64,000 bases of DNA from Pseudomonadota bacterium (GTDB lineage: Bacteria; Bdellovibrionota_F; JAHFAK01; JBDREC01). Positions 7,404-18,177 of the stretch are shown one piece after another. Both the position numbers and the translations under genes were made by a program. Position 1 is the first letter of the stretch. Every line of letters starts with the position of its first letter. The notes beneath the pieces were generated by a model. That model made no database searches. It was not told the DNA's origin and saw only the letters and a program-made list of their open reading frames with translations. The stretch is taken from contig JBDREC010000046.1 in assembly GCA_043820105.1 (NCBI GenBank), forward strand, positions 8,687-72,686, read 5' to 3'.

Positions 7404-9110
7404 ATGAACACTGAAAATACTAATATTAAAGAAGAAACCGAAATTTCTACTTCTTCGTCAAACTTTATAAGAGACATTATTGACCGGGACCTTGAGACAA
7501 ACAAATATGATGGAAGGGTTGTAACTCGCTTTCCCCCTGAACCTAATGGGTATTTGCATATTGGACATACAAAGGCTATTTGTTTGAGTTTTGGGATCGC
7601 TAAAGATTACAAAGGTCCCTGCCACTTAAGATTTGATGACACTAATCCAATAAAAGAAGAGCAGGAATATATTGATGCAATTATTGAAGATATTAAATGG
7701 CTTGGCTTTGATTGGGGTGAAAATCTTTTTTATGCGTCTGATTATTTTGATATGTTGTATGAATATGCAATAGAACTGATTAAAAAAAATGTAGCTTATG
7801 TGTGTGATCTTAGTCCAGAAGAAATTAGAGAGTATAGAGGAACCTTAACAAGTCCAGGAAAAGAGAGTCCATTTAGAAATAGATCTATTGAAGAGAATCT
7901 TGATCTTTTTGAAAGAATGAAAAATGGGGAGTTTAAAAATGGAGAAAGAACCTTAAGGGCAAAAATCGATATGAGCTCTGGCAATTTGAATATGAGAGAT
8001 CCTGTTTTTTATAGAATCCTGCATGCACATCACCATAGAAGTGGTGATAAATGGTGTATATATCCAATGTACGATTATACTCATTGTGTTTCAGATTCTA
8101 TTGAGCGCATTACTCACTCCCTTTGCACCTTAGAATTTGAAGATCATCGACCATTGTATGATTGGTTTCTTGAACAACTGGAGGTTTATAGATCCCAGCA
8201 AATTGAATTTGCCCGTTTAAACTTAACATCAACTGTAATGAGTAAAAGAAAACTATTAAAGCTTGTAAAAGAAAATTATGTTGATGGATGGGATGATCCT
8301 CGAATGCCAACTATTTCAGGCCTTAGAAGAAGAGGCTTTACACCAGAATCAATTAAAGACTTTTGTGACCGTATTGGCGTAGCAAAAGCTAACAGCACAA
8401 TTGATATCGCCTTATTAAATCATTGTCTTCGTGAAGATTTAAATAAAAAAGCTAAGCGAGTTATGGCAGTTTTATATCCATTGAAACTTGTTATAACAAA
8501 TTATCCTGACGACAAGGTTGAAGAGTTTGAAGCAATAAATAATCAGGAAGACGAAAGCATGGGTAAAAGACTCATACCTTTTTGTAAAGAACTATTTATC
8601 GAACAAAGCGACTTCATGTTAGAAGCTCCCAAAAAGTTTCATAGATTATCTCCTGGAAAAGAAGTTAGGTTGATGCACGCTTATTACATAAAATGTGAAA
8701 AAGTTATAATGGATGAGGAAAGCGGTGAAATTAAAGAAATTCATTGTACTTATGACCCTGATACAAAAGGCGGTTGGTCAAATGATGGTAGAAAGGTGAA
8801 AGGCACTTTGCATTGGGTATCAGCAAGACACGCATTAGACGCTGAAGTTCGATTATATGAAAGCCTGCTTACAGCTGAAAACACTGATGAGATGGATGCT
8901 GAGAAGGATTTTACGGATTATATAAATCCAGATTCAAAAAAGATTTTAACTAATTGTAAAGTAGAGCCCAGTTTAAAAGATTCTGAAATTTTATCAAATT
9001 ATCAGTTTCTTAGACAAGGCTATTTTTGTAAAGACAAAGATAATGGCTTAGTTTTTAATCAAACAGTGTCTTTGAAAGATTCCTGGGCAAAGATTGCCAA
9101 TAAACAATAA
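7404..9110 (+). CDS. glnS: Glutaminyl-tRNA synthetase
   Basis: Class I HIGH motif (PNGYLHIGH) and VMSKR (KMSKS). The N-terminus matches E. coli GlnRS closely ([35 protein letters not shown]). The 568-aa length fits. Confidence 0.9.
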   Translation: MNTENTNIKEETEISTSSSNFIRDIIDRDLETNKYDGRVVTRFPPEPNGYLHIGHTKAICLSFGIAKDYKGPCHLRFDDTNPIKEEQEYIDAIIEDIKWLGFDWGENLFYASDYFDMLYEYAIELIKKNVAYVCDLSPEEIREYRGTLTSPGKESPFRNRSIEENLDLFERMKNGEFKNGERTLRAKIDMSSGNLNMRDPVFYRILHAHHHRSGDKWCIYPMYDYTHCVSDSIERITHSLCTLEFEDHRPLYDWFLEQLEVYRSQQIEFARLNLTSTVMSKRKLLKLVKENYVDGWDDPRMPTISGLRRRGFTPESIKDFCDRIGVAKANSTIDIALLNHCLREDLNKKAKRVMAVLYPLKLVITNYPDDKVEEFEAINNQEDESMGKRLIPFCKELFIEQSDFMLEAPKKFHRLSPGKEVRLMHAYYIKCEKVIMDEESGEIKEIHCTYDPDTKGGWSNDGRKVKGTLHWVSARHALDAEVRLYESLLTAENTDEMDAEKDFTDYINPDSKKILTNCKVEPSLKDSEILSNYQFLRQGYFCKDKDNGLVFNQTVSLKDSWAKIANKQ

Positions 9111-9132
9111 AATAGTCTTTATCTTTTTCTAA

Positions 9133-9161
9133 TTGACAAGGGCCAATTATGGTCATAATAT
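9133..9161 (+). promoter_or_regulatory. Sigma-70-like promoter TTGACA-N17-TAATAT
   Basis: A perfect -35, a 17-nt spacer and a near-consensus -10, ~35 nt upstream of the pilZ-domain gene. Confidence 0.45.
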
Positions 9162-9194
9162 TTTGATTTTAATTAACTAGTTAATGAGGTTATA

Positions 9195-9566
9195 ATGGTA
9201 AAAAATCGGGACAGTGACAAAAGGGAGACAACAAGGGTTCCGGTAAAACTTAGAGTTGATTACAAATGTAAAGATAATTTCTTGTTTGAATTTTCATCGA
9301 ATTTAAGTCAGAACGGAATTTTTGTTACAACAAACAAACCACTTGATCCTGGAACTCGCCTTGATGTTCAATTTAAACTTGAGGCAGATATGAGTGATGC
9401 TCATACAGTTAATGCTCTTGGAGAAGTCATTTGGGTAAATATCCCAAAAGATAAAAAAGGCAAAGCACTTGATGGACAGGTGGGCATGGGTATTCGATTC
9501 TTAAATTTAGATGAACTTTCTAAAGATAAAATCAAAGCATTGGTAAAGCGTATTGCTGTTTTATAA
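9195..9566 (+). CDS. PilZ domain (c-di-GMP-binding) protein
   Basis: The RxxxR motif (RETTRVPVKLRV) and the D.S..G motif (FSSNLSQNG) are both present. Length is 123 aa. Confidence 0.7.
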   Translation: MVKNRDSDKRETTRVPVKLRVDYKCKDNFLFEFSSNLSQNGIFVTTNKPLDPGTRLDVQFKLEADMSDAHTVNALGEVIWVNIPKDKKGKALDGQVGMGIRFLNLDELSKDKIKALVKRIAVL

Positions 9567-9591
9567 ATAATAAAAAGATAGGAGTTATGAA

Positions 9592-10641
9592 ATGAAAAAG
9601 ATACTATTCTTGCTTATCACAATTGGATTGTTTTTTGTGTTTTCCTGTGAGATCAAAAAAGAGGCAAATAAGCCTTCTGCTGTTAAACCTTCTGCCCCTA
9701 CTGCTGTAGCAACTGGTGATGCAGCTATTGTTGATGGTGAAGCAATTTCTCTTGCTGAACTTGACAAAAACATTTCTTCAAAACTTTATAGATTTGAAGA
9801 AAGAATTTATTCTATGAAAATTGAAGCTCTTGATGAAATTATCAATGAAAAGATAATTGAAAAAGAAGCACAAGCAAAAAATACTACACAAGAAAAACTT
9901 CTTGAAGAAGCTGCAAATAACATTAAAGTTGATCAAAAAGAATTAGATGAGTTTTATGAAAGATTTAAAAATAGACTTGCAGGAACTGAAGAAGAAAAAA
10001 AGGAAAGACTAACAGCAATCTTTAAAAGGAAAAAAGAAAGAGAAATAAAAACTCAGTTTATTGAAGAATTGAGAAAAAGTCATAAAATTGAAATATTACT
10101 AACACCTCCTCCTTTGCCAGTAGCTGACATAAAGGCAGAAGAATATAGTCCATATATTGGTAAAAAAGATGCTCCTGTTGAAATTATTGAATTTTCTGAA
10201 TTTAAATGCCCATATTGCAAAAAAGCAGCTAAAACAATTAAAGATGTTGCTGCAAAATTTAAAGATGAAGTTAAAGTGGTTTTTAGACATTTCCCAATTC
10301 CAAGTCATAAAGGTGCTTTTGAAGCAGCTGAAGCTTCAATGTGTGCAAATGACCAGGGAAAATTTTGGGAATATCATGATGTGCTTTTTGAGGGCAAGGG
10401 AGATTTTGATAAAGCAATGTTCGTAAAAATAGCTACAGATTTAAAGCTTGATATTAAGAAATTTGAAGCTTGCTATGATTCACATAAACATAAAGCAAAC
10501 ATTGAAAAAGATAGAACAGATGGCGAAAAGGCTGGTGTTAGCGGAACACCTGGTTTCTTCGTTAATAAAAAAGTTGTAGCTGGCGCAAGAGAAGCTGACT
10601 TTTTTGAAGATCTGATTAACAGAGAATTAGGCAGAAAATAG
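9592..10641 (+). CDS. DsbA-family thiol:disulfide oxidoreductase lipoprotein with an N-terminal helical extension
   Basis: A lipobox (FFVFSC) and a CPYC thioredoxin-fold active site within a DsbA-like C-terminal half. Confidence 0.75.
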   Translation: MKKILFLLITIGLFFVFSCEIKKEANKPSAVKPSAPTAVATGDAAIVDGEAISLAELDKNISSKLYRFEERIYSMKIEALDEIINEKIIEKEAQAKNTTQEKLLEEAANNIKVDQKELDEFYERFKNRLAGTEEEKKERLTAIFKRKKEREIKTQFIEELRKSHKIEILLTPPPLPVADIKAEEYSPYIGKKDAPVEIIEFSEFKCPYCKKAAKTIKDVAAKFKDEVKVVFRHFPIPSHKGAFEAAEASMCANDQGKFWEYHDVLFEGKGDFDKAMFVKIATDLKLDIKKFEACYDSHKHKANIEKDRTDGEKAGVSGTPGFFVNKKVVAGAREADFFEDLINRELGRK

Positions 10642-10652
10642 GAAGTTTACAT

Positions 10653-11129
10653 ATGATAACTTTACCTGAAAATATTTATTTATTTAATTCATTGACTGAT
10701 GATGAAATAAATAAAGTTAGCAACCTTGTTATCGAAACAGATTATAGAAAGAGTGATGTAATTTTGAAAAAAGGAGATTATGTCTCTGAAATTTACATTA
10801 TTAAATCTGGATCAGTTAAAGTGCAATTGCCACAAGAAAAGACTTTGTTGAAAGAGGATGATCTTGTTACGATTTTAAAAAAAGGAGAGTGCTTTGGCGA
10901 ACTTTCCTTTATTGATTCTGGATCAGCTTCTGCTACAATTATTGCAAATCAAGATTCAATAATCTATTCCATTCAAAAAGAAGATTTTAAAAACTTTTTG
11001 CTTGAGAACCATGATATTGAACGAAAGATTTACAACAATTTATTAATAACTCTTGTGAAAAGAGTTAGAAATACAACGCAAAATCTTGTGGGATCCAGAT
11101 TTTTTATTTCCTCTTTCTTGACCTCATAA
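10653..11129 (+). CDS. Cyclic nucleotide-binding domain protein
   Basis: It carries the cNMP-binding signature GECFGELSFIDSGSASATIIA. Confidence 0.7.
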   Translation: MITLPENIYLFNSLTDDEINKVSNLVIETDYRKSDVILKKGDYVSEIYIIKSGSVKVQLPQEKTLLKEDDLVTILKKGECFGELSFIDSGSASATIIANQDSIIYSIQKEDFKNFLLENHDIERKIYNNLLITLVKRVRNTTQNLVGSRFFISSFLTS

Positions 11130-11200
11130 AACTGATCTGTTGACGAAAACCATTAATAATACTATAATAAAGCTATATAAAAATTAATAATAAATTTATT

Positions 11201-11404
11201 ATGAAATATTATAAAAAACTAATAAAATCAAAAAAAGGACAAACAGCTGTTGAATATGCACTAGCTACTATCCTTGGTTCCATTATTGCAATCTCAATGT
11301 ATTTCTTAGTTGATCTTAAACTTGAGGGATCAACTAATAATCGTAATATTTTAGAGATGTATTTTGGAAATATGGAGCATGTTGTTTGCAGGCCTTATCC
11401 TTAA
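11201..11404 (+). CDS. flp: Flp/Fap-family type IVb pilin
   Basis: 67 aa with the class III prepilin motif G-QTAVEYALA followed by a hydrophobic helix. Confidence 0.6.
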   Translation: MKYYKKLIKSKKGQTAVEYALATILGSIIAISMYFLVDLKLEGSTNNRNILEMYFGNMEHVVCRPYP

Positions 11405-11408
11405 TAAT

Positions 11409-11450
11409 AATTCAAAATGCAAAATTCAAAATTCAAAATTTAGAATTCAA
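11409..11450. repeat. (AATTCAA)6 heptanucleotide tandem repeat (two variant units)
   Basis: It starts 5 nt after the flp stop. Confidence 0.85.
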
Positions 11451-11526
11451 TTATTTGCTTGTTAATAATTTGTTTTATTAATATTATTTTTTTTTGAAAT
11501 TTAAAATTATTAACTGGAGCCTTTTT

Positions 11527-13245
11527 ATGTCACAACTTTCAGTTCTTGATTGGTCTATTATTATTGGATATATTGTTATCAGTTTAGCGGCTGGTCTTTT
11601 GATTGCAAGGCGTTTTAAGGGAGCTAAAAGTATAATCGGATACTTTGTAGCAAATAGATCTTTGCCTTGGTGGCTGGCTGGCATTTCAATGATAGCATCC
11701 TCTTTTGCAATTGATACTCCTTTAGGAATTACTGGTATGGTAGCTAGCCATGGTATTCAAGGAGTTTGGTTTGCATGGGCTTTCATAATAGGTGGTACAG
11801 GTGCATTGTCAGCTTTCTTTTTTGCTTTTATGCTTAGAAGATCTGAAGTTATTACGTCAGCTGAGCTTATTGAATTGAGATATTCTGGAAAAGGCGCAGC
11901 TTTCTTAAGACTATTTAAAGCTATTTTTATTGGTATAGTTGCAAATGCTTTAACTTTAGGATGGGTAATGAAGGCTGTTACAACTTTTGGAGAAGTTGGA
12001 TTTGGATACAACCCTATGTTGATTCTTGCGGTAATTTTAGCTATAACTCTTGTGTATACAACAGTTTCTGGTATGTGGGGAATTGTTGCAACTGACGTTT
12101 TGCAATATGCAATTTCACTTTTTGGTGTAATTGCTCTGGCAGTTTACGCTATTAAATATGTTGGTGGAATTGATGGCCTTGTAGAAGGTATAAATGCCAG
12201 ATATGGTCTTGAAGAAGGTACAAAAAGATTAAACTTTATTCCTAGAATTGATTCATCTTTTTTTCATATGTTTATTGTATTTGTGACTCTAAAGTGGTGG
12301 GCCGATCCTCCAAATGCAATCTTGCAAAGAATTGTTTCTTCAAAAAATGAGAAGCATGCTTCTTTGGCAACCTTAATATTTTCAATTGGGCAATTTGCTA
12401 TTAATTATTGGCCAATGATACTGGTTGCTCTTGTTTCTTTGATTGTATATCCAAATTTACCTAAATCTGAAGCAGAAAAAGGATATGTTTTATTAATTTT
12501 CAAGTTATTACCTTCTGGAATGCTGGGAATTGTGCTTGCAGCGATGATTGCAGCTTTAATGTCAACAATTGATACTCACATTAATATGGGCGCTTCTTAT
12601 ATTGTTAATGATATATATAAAAGATTTATTAACCCAGAAGGCGATGAAAAGCATTATGTTTTGGTTTCAAGGATAGCCACAGTTTTAATGTTATTAATCG
12701 CTGTTGTTATAGCCATGAACTTAGATTCAGTTAAATCTGCATGGTATTGGCTATCAATGCTTTTAGCTGGTTATGGCTTTGTTACTGTTATCAGATGGTT
12801 TTGGTGGAGGCTTAATGCCTGGTCAGAAATTGTATGCATGCTAACATCTTTTCTTGGAACAATCTTGGCGAAATATGTTTTTAATTTTAGTACTTTTGGA
12901 TGGAGATTCATATTTGTCGTTGTTTTCTCCTTGAGCCTAACAGTGATTGCTACTTTTTTAACAAAGCCATCTTCAAAAGAAGTGCTATTAAATTTTTGTA
13001 AATTAGTTAGACCTTTTCCAACTTTCTGGGGTCCCATTGTTAAAGAAAACCCAGATCTTGGATGGAATCCTTTTTTTGGAAAAACACTTTCCATGTGGTT
13101 AATGGGAGTTGTAATGATTTTTTCAATTTGCTTTGGAACAGGGCATCTAGTATTTACAAATTACTTATATGCAATAATTTTATATGGAATAGCTTCATTC
13201 TTTGGAATTATTATTTACAAAATGTGGCCAGAAACACTTGAATAA
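11527..13245 (+). CDS. Sodium:solute symporter (SSS) family transporter
   Basis: About 13 TM helices typical of SSS. I chose the ATG at 11527 because a GGAG sits 9 nt upstream. The ORF extends in frame to 11494. Confidence 0.85.
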   Translation: MSQLSVLDWSIIIGYIVISLAAGLLIARRFKGAKSIIGYFVANRSLPWWLAGISMIASSFAIDTPLGITGMVASHGIQGVWFAWAFIIGGTGALSAFFFAFMLRRSEVITSAELIELRYSGKGAAFLRLFKAIFIGIVANALTLGWVMKAVTTFGEVGFGYNPMLILAVILAITLVYTTVSGMWGIVATDVLQYAISLFGVIALAVYAIKYVGGIDGLVEGINARYGLEEGTKRLNFIPRIDSSFFHMFIVFVTLKWWADPPNAILQRIVSSKNEKHASLATLIFSIGQFAINYWPMILVALVSLIVYPNLPKSEAEKGYVLLIFKLLPSGMLGIVLAAMIAALMSTIDTHINMGASYIVNDIYKRFINPEGDEKHYVLVSRIATVLMLLIAVVIAMNLDSVKSAWYWLSMLLAGYGFVTVIRWFWWRLNAWSEIVCMLTSFLGTILAKYVFNFSTFGWRFIFVVVFSLSLTVIATFLTKPSSKEVLLNFCKLVRPFPTFWGPIVKENPDLGWNPFFGKTLSMWLMGVVMIFSICFGTGHLVFTNYLYAIILYGIASFFGIIIYKMWPETLE

Positions 13246-13280
13246 ATTCAAAATTCAAAATTCAAGATTCAAAATTCAAA
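13245..13280. repeat. (AATTCAA)5 heptanucleotide tandem repeat
   Basis: It overlaps and directly follows the transporter stop codon. Confidence 0.85.
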
Positions 13281-13358
13281 ATATAAATGAACGTTTGCAT
13301 TTTAAATTTTTAAATATTAATTATATAAACGATTTTTTAAAGTTTTAAAGAGGTAAAA

Positions 13359-14651
13359 ATGTCAGAAGATAAAATGGAAAAACTGGTTTCATTGTGTAAA
13401 AGACGCGGATATATATTTCAATCAAGTGAAATTTATGGTGGTATTAATAGTTGTTATGATTATGGTCCACTTGGGATAGAATTAAAAAATAACTTAAAGC
13501 GCTATTGGTGGGAATCTATGGTGCATAGAAGAGATGATATAGAAGGTATTGATGCTTCTATTTTAATGCATCCTAAGGTTTGGAAAGCTTCTGGTCATAT
13601 AGATGGTTTTACTGATCCTTTAATTGATTGTAAAAAATGCAAAAATAGATTTAAAGCAGAAGACCTTAAAAGCAATGAGCAGTGTCCAAAATGTGGAGGT
13701 GAATTGACTGAGCCTAGGAATTTTAATCTAATGTTTAAAACTTTTATGGGACCAGTTGAAGAGGATGCAAATGTTGTTTATCTTAGACCTGAAACAGCTC
13801 AAGGTATTTATGTAAACTTTTTAAATGTTTTAAATGCCTCAAGACAAAAGCTTCCTTTTGGAATTGCTCAAATTGGAAAAGCCTTTAGAAATGAAATTAC
13901 TCCTGGAAACTTTATCTTTAGAACAAGAGAATTCGAACAAATGGAAATGCAATTTTTCATTAATCCAAAAGATGATGAAAAATGGTTTGAATACTGGAAA
14001 GCTCAAAGGCTTGAATGGTTTAAATCTCTTGGTCTAAAAGAAGAAAAATTAAGATATAATGAACATGGTCCTACTGAACTGGCTCACTACGCAAAGGCAG
14101 CCTTTGATATCCAATATAAGTTTCCTTTTGGATGGCAAGAAGTTGAAGGTATTCATAATAGATCTGACTTTGATCTGACACAGCATATGAAATTTTCTAA
14201 TAAAAAACTTAATTATTTTGATGAAAAAGCTAAAGAAAAATACGTGCCTTATATTATAGAAACCTCAATCGGGTGCGATAGAACCTTATTGACTTTGCTC
14301 GTTGATGCCTATGAAGAAGAGGGTGAAAGAGTTGTTTTAAAACTTCATCCAAAACTTGCTCCTTATCAAGTTGCAGTTTTTCCTTTAATTAATAAAGAAG
14401 GTATGCCAGAGGCTGCTGTAAAGATATATGATGAGGCAAAGAAAAAGTTTAAAGCCTTTTATGATACCTCTGGTGCCATTGGAAGAAGATACAGAAGGCA
14501 AGATGAAGCTGGAACTCCATTCTGTATTACCATTGACGCAGATACGGTTAAAGATGGTTCTGTTACATTACGCGAAAGAGATTCGATGGAACAAGGTCGC
14601 TTTTCAGTAGAAGAAGCTTTTGAAAAGATAAGTAAGGCTTCTACTATTTAA
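13359..14651 (+). CDS. glyQS: Glycyl-tRNA synthetase (alpha2 dimeric type)
   Basis: The N-terminus ([20 protein letters not shown]) and class II motifs are typical of the single-chain GlyRS. Confidence 0.9.
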   Translation: MSEDKMEKLVSLCKRRGYIFQSSEIYGGINSCYDYGPLGIELKNNLKRYWWESMVHRRDDIEGIDASILMHPKVWKASGHIDGFTDPLIDCKKCKNRFKAEDLKSNEQCPKCGGELTEPRNFNLMFKTFMGPVEEDANVVYLRPETAQGIYVNFLNVLNASRQKLPFGIAQIGKAFRNEITPGNFIFRTREFEQMEMQFFINPKDDEKWFEYWKAQRLEWFKSLGLKEEKLRYNEHGPTELAHYAKAAFDIQYKFPFGWQEVEGIHNRSDFDLTQHMKFSNKKLNYFDEKAKEKYVPYIIETSIGCDRTLLTLLVDAYEEEGERVVLKLHPKLAPYQVAVFPLINKEGMPEAAVKIYDEAKKKFKAFYDTSGAIGRRYRRQDEAGTPFCITIDADTVKDGSVTLRERDSMEQGRFSVEEAFEKISKASTI

Positions 14652-14656
14652 ACTTT

Positions 14657-15424
14657 TTACTCAAACTTCTTTGCTTCTTGCCAGAGCTCTTCCATTTTAT
14701 CAAGTGATAATTCATGAATATCTAGGTTTTTATTGCGGCAGGTATCTTCAATATAATGAAAACGTTTTATGAATTTATTGATGGTATGATTTAATCCCAT
14801 TTCTGGGTCTAATTTAAGATGCCTTGAAAGGTTAACTAAGACCATTAGCATGTCACCAATTTCATGTTCAATTTCTTTTAGGTCATTTTTTTTAAGGCTT
14901 TCTTTTAATTCTTCATATTCTTCTTCTAATTTCGATAAAATATCATCTGCTTTTTCCCAGTCAAAGCCTACATTGGCCGCTTTTTCAGTAACCCTGTATG
15001 CCCTAAGCAGTGCTGGAAGCTCTTTTGGGACACCACCAATAATGGATTTCTTGTTTTCTTTTTTTGCTTTTATTGCTGCCCAGTTTTTTAATACCTTTTC
15101 TGGCGTGTCTGCTTTTTCATTTCCAAAGACATGTGGGTGTCTTCTTGTGAGTTTGTCAGCGATGCTATTAACCACGTCATCTATTGTAAAATCGCCATTT
15201 TCAGCTGCGATTTGTGCTTGGAAAATTATTTGAAGTAATAAGTCTCCCAATTCTTCACAATGTTTTTCTCTATCCTTACCTTCCATTGTTTCTAAAACTT
15301 CATATGTTTCTTCAATGAGGTATTTTCTTAAGGTTAATAGAGTTTGTTTTTGATCCCAGGGGCAACCATCAGGAATCCTAAGTGTTTTCATTATATTGAC
15401 AAGTTTGTTGAAACTTTCAGACAT
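14657..15424 (-). CDS. mazG: MazG nucleoside triphosphate pyrophosphohydrolase
   Basis: The RRHPHVFG and EExGE motifs are present, and the two-domain MazG architecture is visible. The start is probably at MSESF (15424); the ORF extends to 15490. Confidence 0.8.
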   Translation of the reverse strand: MSESFNKLVNIMKTLRIPDGCPWDQKQTLLTLRKYLIEETYEVLETMEGKDREKHCEELGDLLLQIIFQAQIAAENGDFTIDDVVNSIADKLTRRHPHVFGNEKADTPEKVLKNWAAIKAKKENKKSIIGGVPKELPALLRAYRVTEKAANVGFDWEKADDILSKLEEEYEELKESLKKNDLKEIEHEIGDMLMVLVNLSRHLKLDPEMGLNHTINKFIKRFHYIEDTCRNKNLDIHELSLDKMEELWQEAKKFE

Positions 15425-15437
15425 GAAGTTTTGCCTT

Positions 15438-16538
15438 TTATACAGAGAGTTTGGATTTTTTTCGCTTAGAATCAAGTTTTTCAATACCAAATTCTTTCAT
15501 ATATATCTTGTCAAGTTTCTTGAGTTCATCAAGAACTGACAATAGTAGTGTAACTTTTTCATGATGAGACAAAAACGCTGATTTGCATGAATCAATAATT
15601 ATTTTCTTTAAATCCTCATAGGAGAAATTATATTTTTCATGTGCCAATAAGAATTCATCAGTCATTGTTGTATCTGAAATGAGGCGATTATCTGTGTTTA
15701 AGGTTACTCTTAAACCATAATCATAGAAAAATCTAAGTGGATGCATATCAAAGTTTTTAACAGAATTGGTTTGTATATTGCTTGTTAAGCATATTTCTAA
15801 AGGGATTCTATGGTCATTAACATAATTTAATAAGTCCCCATCTTCTTTTAGTCTGATTCCATGCCCAATTCTATGTGCTCCACAGTAATGTATGGCTTGA
15901 GCTATACTTGCAGGACCATAAGCTTCTCCAGCATGAATTGTAACATTAACATTATTATTTAAAACAAGATAAAATGCCTCTTTATGCTGTTTTGCAGGAT
16001 AGTCTTCTTCAGCTCCAGCTAAGTCAAAACCCAGGACACCTTTATTTTTGTAGGCAACACAGAGTTCAGCAAGTTTTACTGAAATATCTGGATTCATATT
16101 TCTTATGCCACAAATAATAACACCAGTTTTTATGTTGTATTTTCTTTCGGCTTTTACAAGACCTGCTAGGACTGCATCTACAATTGCAGCTAGATTTAAA
16201 CCTTTTTCTTGATGTAAAATTGGAGCATATCTAACTTCAAGATAGCGGATATTTTCAAGGGCAGCGTCTTCTGCTAATTCAAAAGCTACTCGTTTTAACG
16301 CATCTTCAGTTTGCAATACACTACAGGTAATGCTAAAAGCTTTAAGATATTCTTCCAGCGACTCAACCTTATCCATTACTAAGTGCTTTTTTAGGTCTTC
16401 TTCATTATAGGCAGGTAATTCAACATCATGTTCTTTGGCAATATCAAGGATTGTTGATACTCTTAAAGAGCCATCTAAATGGCAATGAAGGTCAGTTTTT
16501 GGAAGTTTCTTTATAAATTCATATGTTAGTTTTGACAT
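15438..16538 (-). CDS. add: Adenosine deaminase
   Basis: The metal-binding signature DLHCHLDGS sits near the N-terminus. TIM-barrel amidohydrolase motifs follow (HAGE, the D at ...SLNTDN). Confidence 0.8.
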   Translation of the reverse strand: MSKLTYEFIKKLPKTDLHCHLDGSLRVSTILDIAKEHDVELPAYNEEDLKKHLVMDKVESLEEYLKAFSITCSVLQTEDALKRVAFELAEDAALENIRYLEVRYAPILHQEKGLNLAAIVDAVLAGLVKAERKYNIKTGVIICGIRNMNPDISVKLAELCVAYKNKGVLGFDLAGAEEDYPAKQHKEAFYLVLNNNVNVTIHAGEAYGPASIAQAIHYCGAHRIGHGIRLKEDGDLLNYVNDHRIPLEICLTSNIQTNSVKNFDMHPLRFFYDYGLRVTLNTDNRLISDTTMTDEFLLAHEKYNFSYEDLKKIIIDSCKSAFLSHHEKVTLLLSVLDELKKLDKIYMKEFGIEKLDSKRKKSKLSV

Positions 16539-17586
16539 CTATTTTCTCCTCCTGGACTATTACTGAGTTGACAAGGCGGTTGTAGTCAATTGCACCTGTA
16601 CAATTGGGGTCATATTCAAAGATGGACATTTTTTTTGCTGGAGCTTCTCTGAGCCTTGTGTTTATTCTTATTGGTCTAAAGACCTTATCTTCAAAGTGAT
16701 TGTTTAAATATGAAACAACTTCAAAGGAAATTCTATTTCTTACATCATAAAATGTTGGAATTATTCCTATTACTTCAGAATGGTGACCGTGTAGTCTGTT
16801 TAACTTTTTGATAGATTCAAGTGCTTGTTTAACTCCAACAAGTGATAAATAATCACAGCTAACAGGAATTAAAACCTCTTCAGCGTATAACAATGCATTT
16901 TGGTTTAATAAGCTTAGTGATGGAGGACAATCTAATATTACGTAATCATAGTTTCTTATATTTTTTAATCTATCTGTCAGGACCTTTTCTCTTTTTTCAA
17001 ATGGAACTAGTTTAATTTCTGCTTCAGCTAAAGTTTCATTTGATAGAACAATATCTAATTTATCACTAACTGATATAATACAATCTTCAATGGGAACATT
17101 ATCAACTAAAACATCGTACATGTTTTTTCGCCAGGTTATTCCAAGACTTTCACCAACATTGCCCTGGGCGTCCATATCAATCAACAATACTTTTTTATCT
17201 TTACCTGCAAGGCCTGCAGCCAGGTTTATTGATGTTGTAGTTTTGCCAGTTCCACCTTTATGATTTAATACTGCAATTTTTCTTGTTTTATGCCCTTCAG
17301 GGACAACTCTTGCATGTTGGGAAAAAAATGATTTTCTGCAATCAGGGTTACAAAAGTAATGAGTTTTATCAGGAGTATTAGCAATTTGTGCTATTGTTAA
17401 AACTTGAGTTTCTTTTGAACAAAAGTCGCATCTTACGGTGTTTACTGATTGTATTGCAGGTTCTTTGCATTTTATGGAACAAAAATATTTAATATTTCCA
17501 TTGTCTCTGCTCACTTGATAATTAAATTTAACCAAGAAGTCTTTACCGCAATTATAGCATTGTTGCAACTGGCCTTGATGCATCAT
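16519..17586 (-). CDS. ParA/MinD-family ATPase with an N-terminal duplicated Cys-rich zinc-finger module
   Basis: The C-terminal ~260 aa carries the deviant Walker A KGGTGKTT of ParA. The N-terminal ~90 aa carries two CxxC...YFC(S/N)xxC units. Confidence 0.75.
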   Translation of the reverse strand: MMHQGQLQQCYNCGKDFLVKFNYQVSRDNGNIKYFCSIKCKEPAIQSVNTVRCDFCSKETQVLTIAQIANTPDKTHYFCNPDCRKSFFSQHARVVPEGHKTRKIAVLNHKGGTGKTTTSINLAAGLAGKDKKVLLIDMDAQGNVGESLGITWRKNMYDVLVDNVPIEDCIISVSDKLDIVLSNETLAEAEIKLVPFEKREKVLTDRLKNIRNYDYVILDCPPSLSLLNQNALLYAEEVLIPVSCDYLSLVGVKQALESIKKLNRLHGHHSEVIGIIPTFYDVRNRISFEVVSYLNNHFEDKVFRPIRINTRLREAPAKKMSIFEYDPNCTGAIDYNRLVNSVIVQEEKIDVKTNI

Positions 17587-17663
17587 GGACTTTTATCTCC
17601 TATATAAATTCGAGGATCGCATCAAACTAGTTATAATCTGCTAAAAGTCAAGAAAGGAAATGT

Positions 17664-18152
17664 CTAGAGCTTAACTTGGTCTAGCAATTTGATAAGTTCT
17701 TTGTCAGTGCTTGTCATTTTGAGAAGGTCAACTTTCATTTTTAATAAGTCCTTGAGATTGTTTGGAATGTCTTCTGAATAATGGACTATTAAGAAAATTG
17801 CTTCCTTAACTAATTTTAAGTCACTTAATTCAAGCATTGCTCCAAGTACCTCAAAATCTTCAGGCATACCATATAAATCTAGATATTTATCAATATTTGT
17901 TTTGAAAACTTGACCTGTTTGCTGAGTTTTTAACTTTTGAAGCAATTCGTAATGGTCAAGTGTTCCCTTGTCACCCTTGAACATATTATCAAGGTCCTTT
18001 AGATATTCCTTTTTTGCAATTTTGTTTCGATGCATTTGTTTTTTAGACTTTTGAGCATCGCCACTTGAAGAATCTGAACGACCATCTTTTTTTTGATCTA
18101 TTTCTTTCCAACTAGGGCGGTCATAATGATCTCTATCATCCTTTGAACTCAT
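17664..18152 (-). CDS. Hypothetical protein (basic N-terminus, helical)
   Basis: A 162-aa ORF with no recognisable motif. Confidence 0.4.
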   Translation of the reverse strand: MSSKDDRDHYDRPSWKEIDQKKDGRSDSSSGDAQKSKKQMHRNKIAKKEYLKDLDNMFKGDKGTLDHYELLQKLKTQQTGQVFKTNIDKYLDLYGMPEDFEVLGAMLELSDLKLVKEAIFLIVHYSEDIPNNLKDLLKMKVDLLKMTSTDKELIKLLDQVKL

Positions 18153-18177
18153 AATAATACCTCTTTTAATATTATTA

